Source: a virus
Length of the DNA: 64,000 bases
IMG/VR virus record: IMGVR_UViG_3300017987_000009
Location: 27,589-91,588 of that record
Reading direction: 5' to 3' (one strand)
The notes beneath the pieces are model-generated. The model ran no database searches. It was not told the DNA's origin and was given only the letters and a program-made list of their open reading frames with translations. Position numbers and translations under genes: made by a program. This document shows positions 18,958-29,098 of the stretch, one piece after another; position 1 is the first letter of the stretch; each line of letters opens with the position of its first letter.

Positions 18958-21900
18958 CCACGAAGCGATCGCCCGAAGGTTTTGTGCACCTCCATACGCA
19001 TTCGGATTACAGCACTTTGGACGGCTGCGCGAAGGTGGACGACTACGTCAAGGCGGCGGCGGAGCGCGGCAACCCGGCGGTGGCGCTGACCGACCACGGC
19101 ACGATGCGCGGCGCGTTCGCCCTGACCGAGTCGTGCAAGAAGCGCGGCGTCAAGCCGGTCTACGGGGTCGAGCTCTACGTCTGCGACGACATGGCGCGTA
19201 GGGGCCTTACTGACGCGGAGAAGAACGCGGTCGCCGGCGGCGAGCAGAACAAGGCGCGGCGTCGCGAGCTGATCAAGGCGGAGGAGGAGCGGGCCGGCGT
19301 GCGTCGCACCGCGCACCTGACCGCGTGGGCGCTGACCAACGAGGGGCTGCGCAACCTGTACCGGCTGACGAGCAAGGCGTGGGACGGCGGCTACTACTAC
19401 CGGCCGCGCGTCGACGTCGACGCGATCTGCGCGCACGCCGACGGCGTCGCGGTCGGCACGGGCTGCGTCGGCTCGGCGATCTACGGGGCCGTGTTCGAGA
19501 AGAGGCCGCGCAAGGCCGACGCGATCTTCGGCAAGCTTGACGACGCTTTCGGCGACAGGCTGTACCTCGAGGTGATGCCGCACAGCCTCCGCGACTACCG
19601 CCAGCACAAGGCGAACCGGCACGCGCTGTTCCTCCGGCAGTTCGCGAAGCACCGGCTGCTCGCCACCCAGGACGCGCACTACATTGCGCAGAAGGACGCG
19701 CGCCACCACGACGTCCTGCTGGCGATCGGCACGCACGACGTGCTCGGCGACCCGGAGCGGTTCCGGTTCGACGGCTCGCAGTTCTGGTTCAAGACGCGCG
19801 AGGAGATGGCGCAGTCGTTCGCGCGCGACCACCCGTACATCGAGCCCTCGGAGCTGGAGGAGGCGCTCGAGTCGACGGTCGAGCTGGCCGGGCGGTGCGA
19901 CGCGCTGATCGGGATCAACCCGCTGAAGTGCCTGCTCCCGCCGGTCGAGCTGCCCGACGGGTTCGCCGACGAGTACAAGTACCTCGAGCACCTGGTCGTG
20001 CTCGGGAAGTCGGAGCGCGGCATGTCGGAGCGGGTGAAGCGGCTGGCTGAGAGGGAGGGCGTGTCGTACCGGCACGCGCACCGCCGGTACGTGGAGCGCG
20101 CCGGCCACGAGCTGAACGTCCTGCGCAAGTCCGGCTTCGTCGCGTACTTCCTGATCCTGCGCGACCTCTACCAGTGGGTGCGCAAGGAGGGGATCGCGCG
20201 CGGGCCGGGGCGCGGTAGCGCGGCCGGCTCGCTCGTCGCCTTCCTGCTCGGCATAACCGACGTCGACCCGATCGAGCACCGCCTGCTGTTCGAGCGGTTC
20301 ATCGCGCCGGGCCGGATCAACATGCCCGACATCGACTGCGACTTCGCGGACGACCGGCGCGCCGAGATCGTCGAGTACCTCCGCGAGAAGTACGGCGAGG
20401 ACAAGGTCGCCGGCATCTCGACGATGGGCGAGATGAAGGGGAGGCAGGCGCTGAGAGACGTGGCGCGCGTGTACGAGATCCCGTTCCAGCGGGCGGCGGT
20501 CGCGGCCGGCGCGATACCCGATGAGCCCGGTGGCGATAGCGCGATCGAGGAGGCGGTGCAGCGGTCCGAGCACTTCCGCAAGTTCCGCGAGGAGTACCCG
20601 ACCGTGGTGCGCCACGCGGCCGCGCTAGAGGGGATAACCAAGACGATCGCGCAGCACGCCGCCGGCGTCGTCACCTCGCCGGTCCCGCTCGTCGACGTGG
20701 TGCCGGTGGAGGTGCGCCGCCCGCCCGGCGGCGAGGTCCGCGTCACGGCGTTCGACATGAGGGGCGTCGAGGGGATCGGCCTGCTGAAGATCGACGTGCT
20801 CGGGCTCAAGACGGTCACGCTCCTCGAGGACGCGCGGCGGATGGTCGAGTCGCGGACCGGCCGCGAGTGGGACCTGCTCGACCTGCCGCTCGACGACCGC
20901 GAGACCCTCGACGCCTTCACCGCGCGGGACTTCGTCGGCGTGTTCCAGTTCGACACGCCCTCGTCCCACTCCGTCTGCGACGGAATGAAGTTCGAGGTGT
21001 TCGACGACATCGCGGCGGTGAACGCCATCAACCGGCCGGGGGCGCTCGCCTTCGCGGACGAGTTCAAGAAGCGGCGGAAGGACGCGGCCCTGGCCAGGCG
21101 CGACGTGTTCCACCCGAAGGTCAGCGAGATCACGAGGGACAGCCTCGGCCTGATGATCTACCAGGAGCACGTCATCCGGGTCCTGACCGACGTGGCCGGG
21201 TACTCGCCGGCCGACGCGGACAAGCTGCGCAAGAAGATCGGCAAGAGCGAGGGCGAGGCCGCGCTCGAGGTCGAGCGCGGGGTGTTCACGCAGGGGTGCC
21301 GCGAGACGACGAAGGACATGGACCGCGACACGGCGGAGCGGCTGTTCGACGCGATCGTCAAGTTCGGGCGGTACGGCTTCAACCGCGCGCACGCCGTCTG
21401 CTACTCGATGCTCGCGTACTGGACGATGTACCTGAAGCGGCACCACCCAATCGAGTTCTACTGCGCGCTGATGCGGAGGGAGAGCGACGCGCAGAAGATC
21501 CAGCGGTACGCGAAGGACGCGAAGGGGCACGGCGTTGACACGCTCCTGCCGGACGTCAACGTGTCCGGCGCGGGGTTCTCGGTCGACTACGGGGCGAGCG
21601 CCGTGCGCGGGTCGCTGATAGAGATCAAGGGCCTGGGCGAGGCGGCGGTCGGCGCGATCGTGGAGGAGCGCGAGAGGGGCGGGCCGTTCAAGGACGCGGT
21701 CGACTTCGTCGCGCGGTGCCGCAGCAAGAAGGTCACCAAGCGGACCGTCGACGCGCTCGCCAGGTCGGGCGCGCTCGACTCGCTCGTGCCGAACCCGCGG
21801 TGGTTCGCGCAGCGGCTCGGCGAGCAGTGGAAGCACTTCGAGCGCGGCCGGTCCGAGCAGGTCCGCATGGCGATGGAGCGGTCGGCGAGCGCGCACCAGT

Positions 21901-22775
21901 GGACGGAGAAGCAGCGGCTGATCGAGGCGGCGGAGGTGAACCCGCTCGCGACGCCGCCGCACCCGCTAATAGACTGGGAGCCGTGGCTGCGGAGGAACGT
22001 GAAGGTTCCGCTCTCCGAGCTGAGCGCGGAGCTGCTCGCCGAGCAGCGTTCCGTGTTCGTCGCCGGCGCGGTGACGGAGCTGGAGGAGCGCGAGGTCGGC
22101 GACACCAAGTCCCTCGACGAGTTCCCCGACGAGGAGGTCCGCGAGGCGATCGGGTGGGGCAAGCCGTGGCTGCGGCTGACGCTGGCCGGCCTGAACTTCT
22201 CGTGCTGGGTGAAGCTCGACTGGCAGCTCGTCGACGAGTTCCGCGACGCGGTCGACCGGCCGGGGCGCGAGGCGCCGGTCGTGCTCGTGAGCGCGCGCAC
22301 GCGGCCGGACTGGCAGAACCTCGACGCGCACTTCGTCGCCGGCCTCGACCGGCTGGCGGACGGCGACGGCGTGGCCGCGCTCGACGGACTGACGCTGTGG
22401 GAGCGGATGTTCGTCAGCCACCCCGCCGAGACGTACCCGTTCGACAGCAAGGCGGACCGGCGCCTCGCGCAGAAGAACTTGGTCGGGGCGGCGAGGCGGG
22501 CGACCGGCTGGTTCTCGGTCATCGGCGTGGTGTCCCGCCTGTTCGAGCGGCGGGACAAGCGGCGGCGGCTGATGGCTTGGCTGGGGATCTCCGGGCCGCG
22601 CGACTACATCGACGTGGTCTGCTTCGGCTCGGCCTGGCCGGAGTACCGCGCGCACATCAAGCGCGGCGCGCTCGTCAAGCTGCGGCTGAAGAAGCTGGAC
22701 GACGGGACGGTCGTCCTCGAGGACAGGCCGGGATCGGTGAGGCTTTACGAGAAGGAGGCGACATGCCGGGAGTGA
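18954..22775 (+). CDS. dnaE: DNA polymerase III alpha subunit (family C)
   Basis: FVHLHTHSDYSTLDG PHP domain, GPGRGSAAGS, MPDIDCDF, HAAGVV, KIDVLGL, YGFNRAHA, HhH IKGLG. Confidence 0.97.
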   Translation: MTTKRSPEGFVHLHTHSDYSTLDGCAKVDDYVKAAAERGNPAVALTDHGTMRGAFALTESCKKRGVKPVYGVELYVCDDMARRGLTDAEKNAVAGGEQNKARRRELIKAEEERAGVRRTAHLTAWALTNEGLRNLYRLTSKAWDGGYYYRPRVDVDAICAHADGVAVGTGCVGSAIYGAVFEKRPRKADAIFGKLDDAFGDRLYLEVMPHSLRDYRQHKANRHALFLRQFAKHRLLATQDAHYIAQKDARHHDVLLAIGTHDVLGDPERFRFDGSQFWFKTREEMAQSFARDHPYIEPSELEEALESTVELAGRCDALIGINPLKCLLPPVELPDGFADEYKYLEHLVVLGKSERGMSERVKRLAEREGVSYRHAHRRYVERAGHELNVLRKSGFVAYFLILRDLYQWVRKEGIARGPGRGSAAGSLVAFLLGITDVDPIEHRLLFERFIAPGRINMPDIDCDFADDRRAEIVEYLREKYGEDKVAGISTMGEMKGRQALRDVARVYEIPFQRAAVAAGAIPDEPGGDSAIEEAVQRSEHFRKFREEYPTVVRHAAALEGITKTIAQHAAGVVTSPVPLVDVVPVEVRRPPGGEVRVTAFDMRGVEGIGLLKIDVLGLKTVTLLEDARRMVESRTGREWDLLDLPLDDRETLDAFTARDFVGVFQFDTPSSHSVCDGMKFEVFDDIAAVNAINRPGALAFADEFKKRRKDAALARRDVFHPKVSEITRDSLGLMIYQEHVIRVLTDVAGYSPADADKLRKKIGKSEGEAALEVERGVFTQGCRETTKDMDRDTAERLFDAIVKFGRYGFNRAHAVCYSMLAYWTMYLKRHHPIEFYCALMRRESDAQKIQRYAKDAKGHGVDTLLPDVNVSGAGFSVDYGASAVRGSLIEIKGLGEAAVGAIVEERERGGPFKDAVDFVARCRSKKVTKRTVDALARSGALDSLVPNPRWFAQRLGEQWKHFERGRSEQVRMAMERSASAHQWTEKQRLIEAAEVNPLATPPHPLIDWEPWLRRNVKVPLSELSAELLAEQRSVFVAGAVTELEEREVGDTKSLDEFPDEEVREAIGWGKPWLRLTLAGLNFSCWVKLDWQLVDEFRDAVDRPGREAPVVLVSARTRPDWQNLDAHFVAGLDRLADGDGVAALDGLTLWERMFVSHPAETYPFDSKADRRLAQKNLVGAARRATGWFSVIGVVSRLFERRDKRRRLMAWLGISGPRDYIDVVCFGSAWPEYRAHIKRGALVKLRLKKLDDGTVVLEDRPGSVRLYEKEATCRE

Positions 22776-23080
22776 GACAGATGTGCCAGGACGTGCGGGC
22801 CCGGTGCCCGTACTGCGCGAGGTCGCTGGACCTGAGCGACTTCGGCGTCGAGCTGTTCCGCCGAATGCTCCGGGCCCTGGGCCGCGGCGAGCGTGTAGAG
22901 GTCGAGGGGTTCGGCGCGTTCCGCGCGCCGGTCGTGAAGGGCCGCAAGGTGCGGGGGTTGAAGGGCAACGTCCGGCTGACCGCGGACAAGCGGATCATCC
23001 GGTTTAGGGCGTCGGCGCGGGCGAAGGCGCTCGTCAACCAGGCGCAGGCAGAGGACAAGGACAAGGAGGCGACGAAATGA
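22763..23080 (+). CDS. HU/IHF-family DNA-bending protein
   Basis: ALGRGERVEVEGFGAF...R...IRFRAS..K..VN is the HU/IHF signature; AAGGAGG before ATG 22763. Confidence 0.8.
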   Translation: MPGVRQMCQDVRARCPYCARSLDLSDFGVELFRRMLRALGRGERVEVEGFGAFRAPVVKGRKVRGLKGNVRLTADKRIIRFRASARAKALVNQAQAEDKDKEATK

Positions 23081-23586
23081 AGACTGGCAAGAAGGGGATG
23101 CCGTCGGTCGAGAAGCTGACCATCGGCGAGGAGACGTTCGAGATTGATGTGGTGGCGGAGTGTAGGATCACCGATCTCGACAAGGACATGGCGGAGGTCG
23201 CGGCGCGGATCGCCTACTGGGGCGCGGTGCTCGGCGCCGCTATCGAGGAGCGCGATCTGTGCGAGGCGCGCTACCGGGCGTGGCGCGCGAAGATCAACAC
23301 GGCCGCGCTAGAGGAGGACCCGAAGATCGCGGAGTGGAAAGTCAAGGCCACCATCGAGGCGGACAAGACTTTCATGCAGTACAAGGAGGCGTCGGCGCGC
23401 GCCGAGCACAACGTCGCCACTCTGAACTACCTGATCCGGGCGCTGATGGAGAAGTCGCCAAACCTTCGGAGCAAGGGGGCGCGCGAGCGCGCCGAGCTCG
23501 ACGCTACCGACATGAGCACCCCGTCCGATAGGACGGCTGCCGGCCACAAGCGACAGCTGCGGTCGCAGAAAGATGGGGGCCGCTAG
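23077..23586 (+). CDS. Helical protein, possible recombination mediator
   Basis: Coiled-coil, located just before SSB-like and recA genes; function inferred from position only. Confidence 0.45.
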   Translation: MKTGKKGMPSVEKLTIGEETFEIDVVAECRITDLDKDMAEVAARIAYWGAVLGAAIEERDLCEARYRAWRAKINTAALEEDPKIAEWKVKATIEADKTFMQYKEASARAEHNVATLNYLIRALMEKSPNLRSKGARERAELDATDMSTPSDRTAAGHKRQLRSQKDGGR

Positions 23587-23628
23587 GCCCCGCAACCAAG
23601 CAACCAAGTCCCGATAGGAGGGAACGAC

Positions 23629-24933
23629 ATGCCAATGGACACCAAGAGAATGAACCAGAAGCGGGAGCAGGTTCGGCGCACGTCCGGACGCGGCGCCGGC
23701 GGCGACCTGTGGACCATCAAGGAGGGCGAGTGGCTCGTGTTCGTACACGGGCAGACGTACCCCGACGACGACAACGAGCTGACGCGCGGGTACAACTTCA
23801 TCGAGGTGGTGCAGCACTACGGCGTCGGCGGCAAGCGCGGCGGGCGCATGTGCCTGGACCCGACGGTGAACCCGGCGATCTTGCACCCGATTGTGCAGGA
23901 GTTCCTCGCCAAGCGGAAGAACTCCTTCAAGGTCACGGAGGACACGCGCTGCCCCGTCGACGACGGCATCAGCGCCGGCGAGATCTCCGGGGCCGACGCA
24001 GAGCGGCAGACCGGTCAGACCAAGTGGCTGTTCGGCGTGACGCCGATGTTCTTCCGCGCCGACAGCAACGACGACTGGGCGAAAGTGAAGTTCGAGCCTC
24101 GCGTCCTGATCGCCGGCATCCAGATCTTCAACCAGCTGACGGGGAAGATCATCGACATGGCGCCGGCCGACCCGACCGACCCTAACGCGGCGACGCTGTT
24201 CAAGGTCGTGCGGACGGGCAGCGGCTTCGGCGACACCGAGTACGAGATCGACGTGCACACGCCGACGGTGCGCGAGCCGCTCCGCTTGGACAAGGCGCAG
24301 CGCAAGGCGGTCGAGGAGGCCACGAAGCCGGGCGGGTCGTGCGACCTGTTCCGCGTCCTGGCCAACCTGATGTCGTCGCCCACCGCGCTCAAGGCGCAGA
24401 TGGCGGGCGTGGCCGTCGACGAGAGCGACGCGTCCGAGGACGCCGACGACGGCAAGCGCGACTGCTTCGGGCAGGACTGGGCGGACGACGACGAGTGCCG
24501 CGCCTGCCCGGACAGCGACGAGTGCAGGGAGGCGTGCGGCGGTGCCGGCAAGGGCGCCGGCGGCGCCGAGCCTGCCAACGACCGGGAGCCGGCCGACGAC
24601 GAGTCGGCGGACGACGACGCGGGCGGGGACGACGGCGACCGCGAGCGCCCGCCCTGTTACGGCGACTACGAGGCCGACGATACCGGCTGCCGGAGGTGCG
24701 AGATCGCCGGCGACTGCGAGGTCGCGACCCAGAACGCGGACGCGGAGCAGGCCGACATGGCCGGGGCCGCGGACGGCGACGAGCCCGAGCCCGAGCCGAC
24801 CGGCGGAGAAGGCGAGGATCCGGCGCTGGCCCGCATGGAGGAGGAGGCCGCGCGCCTCGCCTCCGAGAAGCGTGGCGGCAGAGGCAAGGCGGGAACTCGC
24901 GGTAAGACTGGCAAGTCCGGCAAGGGGAAGTAA
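23629..24933 (+). CDS. Putative single-stranded DNA-binding protein with acidic, Cys-rich tail
   Basis: DPTDP...FKVVRTGSGFGDTEY resembles gp32-like phage SSBs; very acidic C-terminus; adjacent to recA. Confidence 0.6.
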   Translation: MPMDTKRMNQKREQVRRTSGRGAGGDLWTIKEGEWLVFVHGQTYPDDDNELTRGYNFIEVVQHYGVGGKRGGRMCLDPTVNPAILHPIVQEFLAKRKNSFKVTEDTRCPVDDGISAGEISGADAERQTGQTKWLFGVTPMFFRADSNDDWAKVKFEPRVLIAGIQIFNQLTGKIIDMAPADPTDPNAATLFKVVRTGSGFGDTEYEIDVHTPTVREPLRLDKAQRKAVEEATKPGGSCDLFRVLANLMSSPTALKAQMAGVAVDESDASEDADDGKRDCFGQDWADDDECRACPDSDECREACGGAGKGAGGAEPANDREPADDESADDDAGGDDGDRERPPCYGDYEADDTGCRRCEIAGDCEVATQNADAEQADMAGAADGDEPEPEPTGGEGEDPALARMEEEAARLASEKRGGRGKAGTRGKTGKSGKGK

Positions 24934-24935
24934 CC

Positions 24936-25973
24936 GTGGCGAAGTCCGGAAGCACGCCCGCGAAGAAGCGGGCCGCTGCGGCCGGGCGCGAGAGGGAGCT
25001 GCTCGAGGAGCTGAACAAGGGCGAGGACAACGCGCCCGCGCAGTTCCTCGGCAGCGACCTCCAGGCGCTCAAGATCCGCGGCGTCATCTCCACGCAGTGC
25101 GTCACGCTCGACCGCGCGATAGGGCGCGGCGGCGTGCCGCTCGGCCGCCTCACCCTGCTGCACGGCAAGGAGGGCAGCGGCAAGACGACTATCGCGCTGC
25201 ACCTGATCGCGGAGGCCCAGAAGCGCGGCGGCCTCTGCGTCTACATCGACGCCGAGCACAAGCTCGACCCCGACTACGCCGAGCGCATCGGCGTCGACAT
25301 CGCGCGGCTGCTGCTGGTGCAGCCAGACTACGTCGAGAAGATGTTCCCGATGGTGGAGAAGGCCGTCGCTATCGCGAAGAAGTACCGCGAGCAGGGCGAG
25401 CCGTTCCCGATCCTGTTCGTGCTCGACTCTATCAACGCGCTGCCGACGAAGGAGGAGTTCGAGGCTGGTTGGGAGGACCACCACGTCGCGCCCGACGCGA
25501 GGGCGTACAGCTCCAAGCTGAAGAAGCTGATGCCGATACTGAAGCGGGAGGACGTCGCGCTGGTGTTCGTGTCGCAGGTCCGCGAGAAGGTCGGGGTGAT
25601 GTTCGGGTCGAAGGAGCGGACGGGCGGCGGCAACGCGCCGAAGTTCTACTCGTCGCTGATCCTCGAGACCACGCGGACCGGCGCCGTCAAGGACGGAGAC
25701 AGGGAGATCGGCAACCTGACGAACGTGCGGTGCAGCAAGAACCAGATCGCCCCGCCCTTCAAGCACGCCGAGTTCAAGCTCGTGTGGGGCAGGGGCATCG
25801 ACTACGAGGACTCGCTCCTGCAGGAGGCGCTGCGCGCCGGCGTCGTTGAGAAGGCCGGCGCGTGGTTCAGCCACAAGGGCGAGCGGCTCGGGCAGGGCGC
25901 GGCGAACGCGGCGAGCACGCTGCGCGGCAACCCGGAGTGGGCCGCGCGGATACTGGAGGAGGTGTCGCCGTGA
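24936..25973 (+). CDS. recA: RecA recombinase
   Basis: LDRAIGRGGVPLGR, GKEGSGKTT, YIDAEHKLDP.YA, QVREKVGVMFG, GGNAPKFYSS, KNQIAPPFK, GAWFS..GERLGQG. Confidence 0.97.
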   Translation: MAKSGSTPAKKRAAAAGRERELLEELNKGEDNAPAQFLGSDLQALKIRGVISTQCVTLDRAIGRGGVPLGRLTLLHGKEGSGKTTIALHLIAEAQKRGGLCVYIDAEHKLDPDYAERIGVDIARLLLVQPDYVEKMFPMVEKAVAIAKKYREQGEPFPILFVLDSINALPTKEEFEAGWEDHHVAPDARAYSSKLKKLMPILKREDVALVFVSQVREKVGVMFGSKERTGGGNAPKFYSSLILETTRTGAVKDGDREIGNLTNVRCSKNQIAPPFKHAEFKLVWGRGIDYEDSLLQEALRAGVVEKAGAWFSHKGERLGQGAANAASTLRGNPEWAARILEEVSP

Positions 25974-28900
25974 CGGCTCGGAAGAAGAAGGCTGGCGCGC
26001 ACACGTACCGCGCGCTGTTCACCGCGGACTGGCAGCTGTGCAACTCGCTGCCGCACTCTAAGCCCAGGTCGCTCGACGCGGAGCTCTCGGCGAAGCCCGG
26101 ACTGACGGACAGGTTCTGCGACCAGCTCGACGTTGTCGCGCAGATCGAGGTGCTCGCGCAGAAGGAGAAGGTCGACGCGGTGTTCTTCCTCGGGGACCTA
26201 TTCGAGAAGTCGCTGCTCGACGCGGTCACGCTGACCCACGGGGTCGGCGCCGTCGTCAACCTGTCGAAGGTCTGCCCGGTCTACGTCCTGCCCGGGAACC
26301 ACGACGCGCACGGCTCGGCCGGCGTGCGGTTCACGCCGGAGGTGTTCGACGAGATCGGCGCGGACATTAAGTTCCTCGGAGGCAAGGAGGTGCTGCGCCC
26401 GAGCGGGCAGGTCAAGGTCGCGTTCCACCCGCTGCCGTGGCGCCCGCCTGGCGAGGTGATGCCGAGGGTCGAGGACTTGCGCGCGGCGGCGAAGAAGGGC
26501 GAGACGAACGTCCTGCTCCTGCACAACAGCGTCGTCGGCTGCCGGCACCAGGGCTGGGTGTGCGACGACGGCGTCGACGCGGAGCGGCTGTGCGTCGGGT
26601 GGGAGCTGGTCCTGGCCGGGCACTTCCACGACCCGCAGCGGTTCGGCGAGTCGGTTCCCGGCCGGTACGTCGGCGCCCCGATGCAGCACGACTTCCGCGA
26701 TGCGGACTCGCCGGATCGCGGGGTGTGGATCTACGAGTTCGAGAAGGGCGGTCAGTTCAACGGCAAGTTCCACGAGCTGGAGTCGCCGAAGTTCCACATC
26801 GCGAAGTGGGAGCTGCCGCACCTGGTCGAGTGCGCCGAGCAGGCGGATGAAGGCGACTACATCCGAGTGGTCGCGGAGATGACGCACTCCGAGTGGACCG
26901 CGATGTCGAAGGAGATCGAGGTCCGGTGCAAGGAGCTGGCGGACGAGCGGAACGTCCGCGTCCTGCCGCTGCACAAGCCGGTCTACCACCACGAGGTCCG
27001 GCTTGACACGGACGGCGGGGTAATCTTGCCGGAGGAGGCCGTGTCGAAGTACCTGGCGATCGCGAATACCGACGGGCTGAGCGACGACAAGCTGAAGGAG
27101 ATCGCGCTCGGCGCGCTGCGGGAGGTCGGCCGCAACGAGCCGGGCGCGGCGATGGGCGCGGCTGCGAACGTCGTCCACCTGAAGGCCACCGACTTCTGTT
27201 GCCTCAAGGAGGTGTCGCTCGGCTTGTACCGGATCGGCTTGGTCCTCGTCATCGGCGAGAACCGCGACACTGACGCGGCCGATAACAACGGCGCTGGCAA
27301 GTCCACGATCTTCAAGGCCGTGACGTGGTGCCTGTTCGGCGAGACGATCGACGGCGACCGGTACGACGAGGTGATCCGGTGGGGCGCCAAGCGGGCGGAG
27401 GTCGCCGTGCTGCTGGCCGCGGGCGACGAGACGTGGATCGTCCGGCGCTGGAGGACGAAGGGCAAGCCCGGCCTGTCGCTCCACATCATGCGGTCGAAGA
27501 AGGACGGCGAGCGCCGCGTGTCCACGGTCGAGGAGCCGTGGCCCGGCGACACCAAGGCGGTGCAGGCCAAGGTCGTTGAGCTCGTCGGTCTGGATTTTCG
27601 CGGCTTCTGCAACACGGTGCTCTACGGCCAGGGCGACGTCGACAGGTTCTTCTCGTCGACGGACACGGCGCAGAAGGAGACGCTGCACCGCGCGCTCCGC
27701 ACCGACGTCTACCGCAAGGCCGAGCTCTGGCTGCGCGACGTCCTGAACAAGTCGCTTAGGCCGAAGGTCGAGGGCGCCCAGCGCGACCTCGACAAGGCCG
27801 ACGCAAGGTACGAGGAGCACGACGTCGAGGAGATCGAGCGCGCGTTCGACGAGTGGGAGGCGGAGCACGACCGCGAGGTCAAGGAGAGGGCCGACGAGGT
27901 CATCGACCTGACGAGGCGCGCGCGCGCCGTCGACGACGCCGCAGCGGCGAGGCGGGAGGAGCTGGAGGCCGAGCGGGCCGAGCTCGAGGCGGCGCTCGCC
28001 GCCGCCGCCGAGAAGGACGCCGAGCTCGACAAGGTGGTCGGCCTGCGGGAGGAGGCGCAGGAGAAGCTGACCGCCGCCGGCCGCGCGCGCAACGCGAAGG
28101 ACGAGGAGCTTAAGTCCGCGCAGCGCCAGCTCGCCCTCCTAGACGGCGACAGATGCCCGACCTGCACGGCGCCGCTCGCGCGCGGCGCGCCGGCCAAGTT
28201 CGCCAAGCAGCTCAAGACGCGGAGCGGGCAGCTGGCCGGCGAGCTCGAGGCCGCGAGCATCGAGGTCGAGCGGCTGGACGGCGAGGTCGAGCGGCTGACG
28301 AGGGAGCGCGACGGTATCCGCGACTGGCTCTACGAGAACGCCGTGCCCGACGGCAAGCTAGCCGACGTGAAGGCGGACATCGCCGCCCTGGGCGCGGAGG
28401 CCAAGACGGAGAAAGCCTCGCTGAAGCGGCAGGCCGCCGAGGCGCTCGCCGCGGCGGGGGCCCTCGCGAAGAAGGAGAACCCGCACAGGCGGTCGCTCGA
28501 CCAGGCGCACGAGCGCGCGAAGGAGCTGTCGCGCCTGCTCCACGAGGCGACGTCCAAGCGCGACGCGGCGCAGCTCGACGTGGCGCACCACGAGTTCTGG
28601 GTGCGCGGCTTCGGCGTGCAGGGCCTGCCGTCGATCCTGCTGGACGGCACGATGCCGTACCTGACGGAGCGCGCGAACCACTACCTCGAGACGCTGTCGG
28701 ACGGCGACATCGCGGTCTGCTTCGACACGCAGCGCGAGCTGAAGTCGAAGAAGGGCGAGAAGCGCGACGAGCTGGAGATCGCGTGGACGATCGAGGGCGT
28801 GCCCGGCGCGACGCCGAGCAACGGGCAGAAGCGGAAGCTCGAGGTCGCAACCGACCTCGCGCTGATGGACCTGGTCTCGTCGCGCGAGGGCGAGCTCGAC

Positions 28901-29098
28901 CTGCTGCTGATGGACGAGGTCCTCGACGGCCTCGACCGCGAGGGGGTGGCGCGCGTGCTCCAGCTCCTGCAGCAGCTCCGGGCCAAGCGCGGGAGCGTGC
29001 TCGTCGTCACGCACGAGCCGGGGCTCGCGGAGTCGTTCGAGCGCGTGGTACACGTCGTCAAGTCGGGCGGAGCCTCGACGCTGAAGGAGGTTAGCTGA
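25970..29098 (+). CDS. Fused SbcD(Mre11)-SbcC(Rad50) nuclease/ATPase
   Basis: Phosphoesterase motifs ADWQ, GDLF, GNHD, LLH, GHFH, then NGAGKS Walker A, Q-loop, CPTC zinc hook, SNGQ signature, LLLMDE Walker B, VVTH, all in one ORF. Confidence 0.9.
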   Translation: MTARKKKAGAHTYRALFTADWQLCNSLPHSKPRSLDAELSAKPGLTDRFCDQLDVVAQIEVLAQKEKVDAVFFLGDLFEKSLLDAVTLTHGVGAVVNLSKVCPVYVLPGNHDAHGSAGVRFTPEVFDEIGADIKFLGGKEVLRPSGQVKVAFHPLPWRPPGEVMPRVEDLRAAAKKGETNVLLLHNSVVGCRHQGWVCDDGVDAERLCVGWELVLAGHFHDPQRFGESVPGRYVGAPMQHDFRDADSPDRGVWIYEFEKGGQFNGKFHELESPKFHIAKWELPHLVECAEQADEGDYIRVVAEMTHSEWTAMSKEIEVRCKELADERNVRVLPLHKPVYHHEVRLDTDGGVILPEEAVSKYLAIANTDGLSDDKLKEIALGALREVGRNEPGAAMGAAANVVHLKATDFCCLKEVSLGLYRIGLVLVIGENRDTDAADNNGAGKSTIFKAVTWCLFGETIDGDRYDEVIRWGAKRAEVAVLLAAGDETWIVRRWRTKGKPGLSLHIMRSKKDGERRVSTVEEPWPGDTKAVQAKVVELVGLDFRGFCNTVLYGQGDVDRFFSSTDTAQKETLHRALRTDVYRKAELWLRDVLNKSLRPKVEGAQRDLDKADARYEEHDVEEIERAFDEWEAEHDREVKERADEVIDLTRRARAVDDAAAARREELEAERAELEAALAAAAEKDAELDKVVGLREEAQEKLTAAGRARNAKDEELKSAQRQLALLDGDRCPTCTAPLARGAPAKFAKQLKTRSGQLAGELEAASIEVERLDGEVERLTRERDGIRDWLYENAVPDGKLADVKADIAALGAEAKTEKASLKRQAAEALAAAGALAKKENPHRRSLDQAHERAKELSRLLHEATSKRDAAQLDVAHHEFWVRGFGVQGLPSILLDGTMPYLTERANHYLETLSDGDIAVCFDTQRELKSKKGEKRDELEIAWTIEGVPGATPSNGQKRKLEVATDLALMDLVSSREGELDLLLMDEVLDGLDREGVARVLQLLQQLRAKRGSVLVVTHEPGLAESFERVVHVVKSGGASTLKEVS

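Noticed and set aside
17900-18960. Group I intron around the GIY-YIG gene
   Set aside because: No interrupted host gene and no room for intron core elements; dnaE begins intact.
18954-25973. Bacterial chromosome origin for dnaE/recA
   Set aside because: The genes sit in a compact single-strand operon flanked by baseplate, terminase and portal genes, with no housekeeping synteny.
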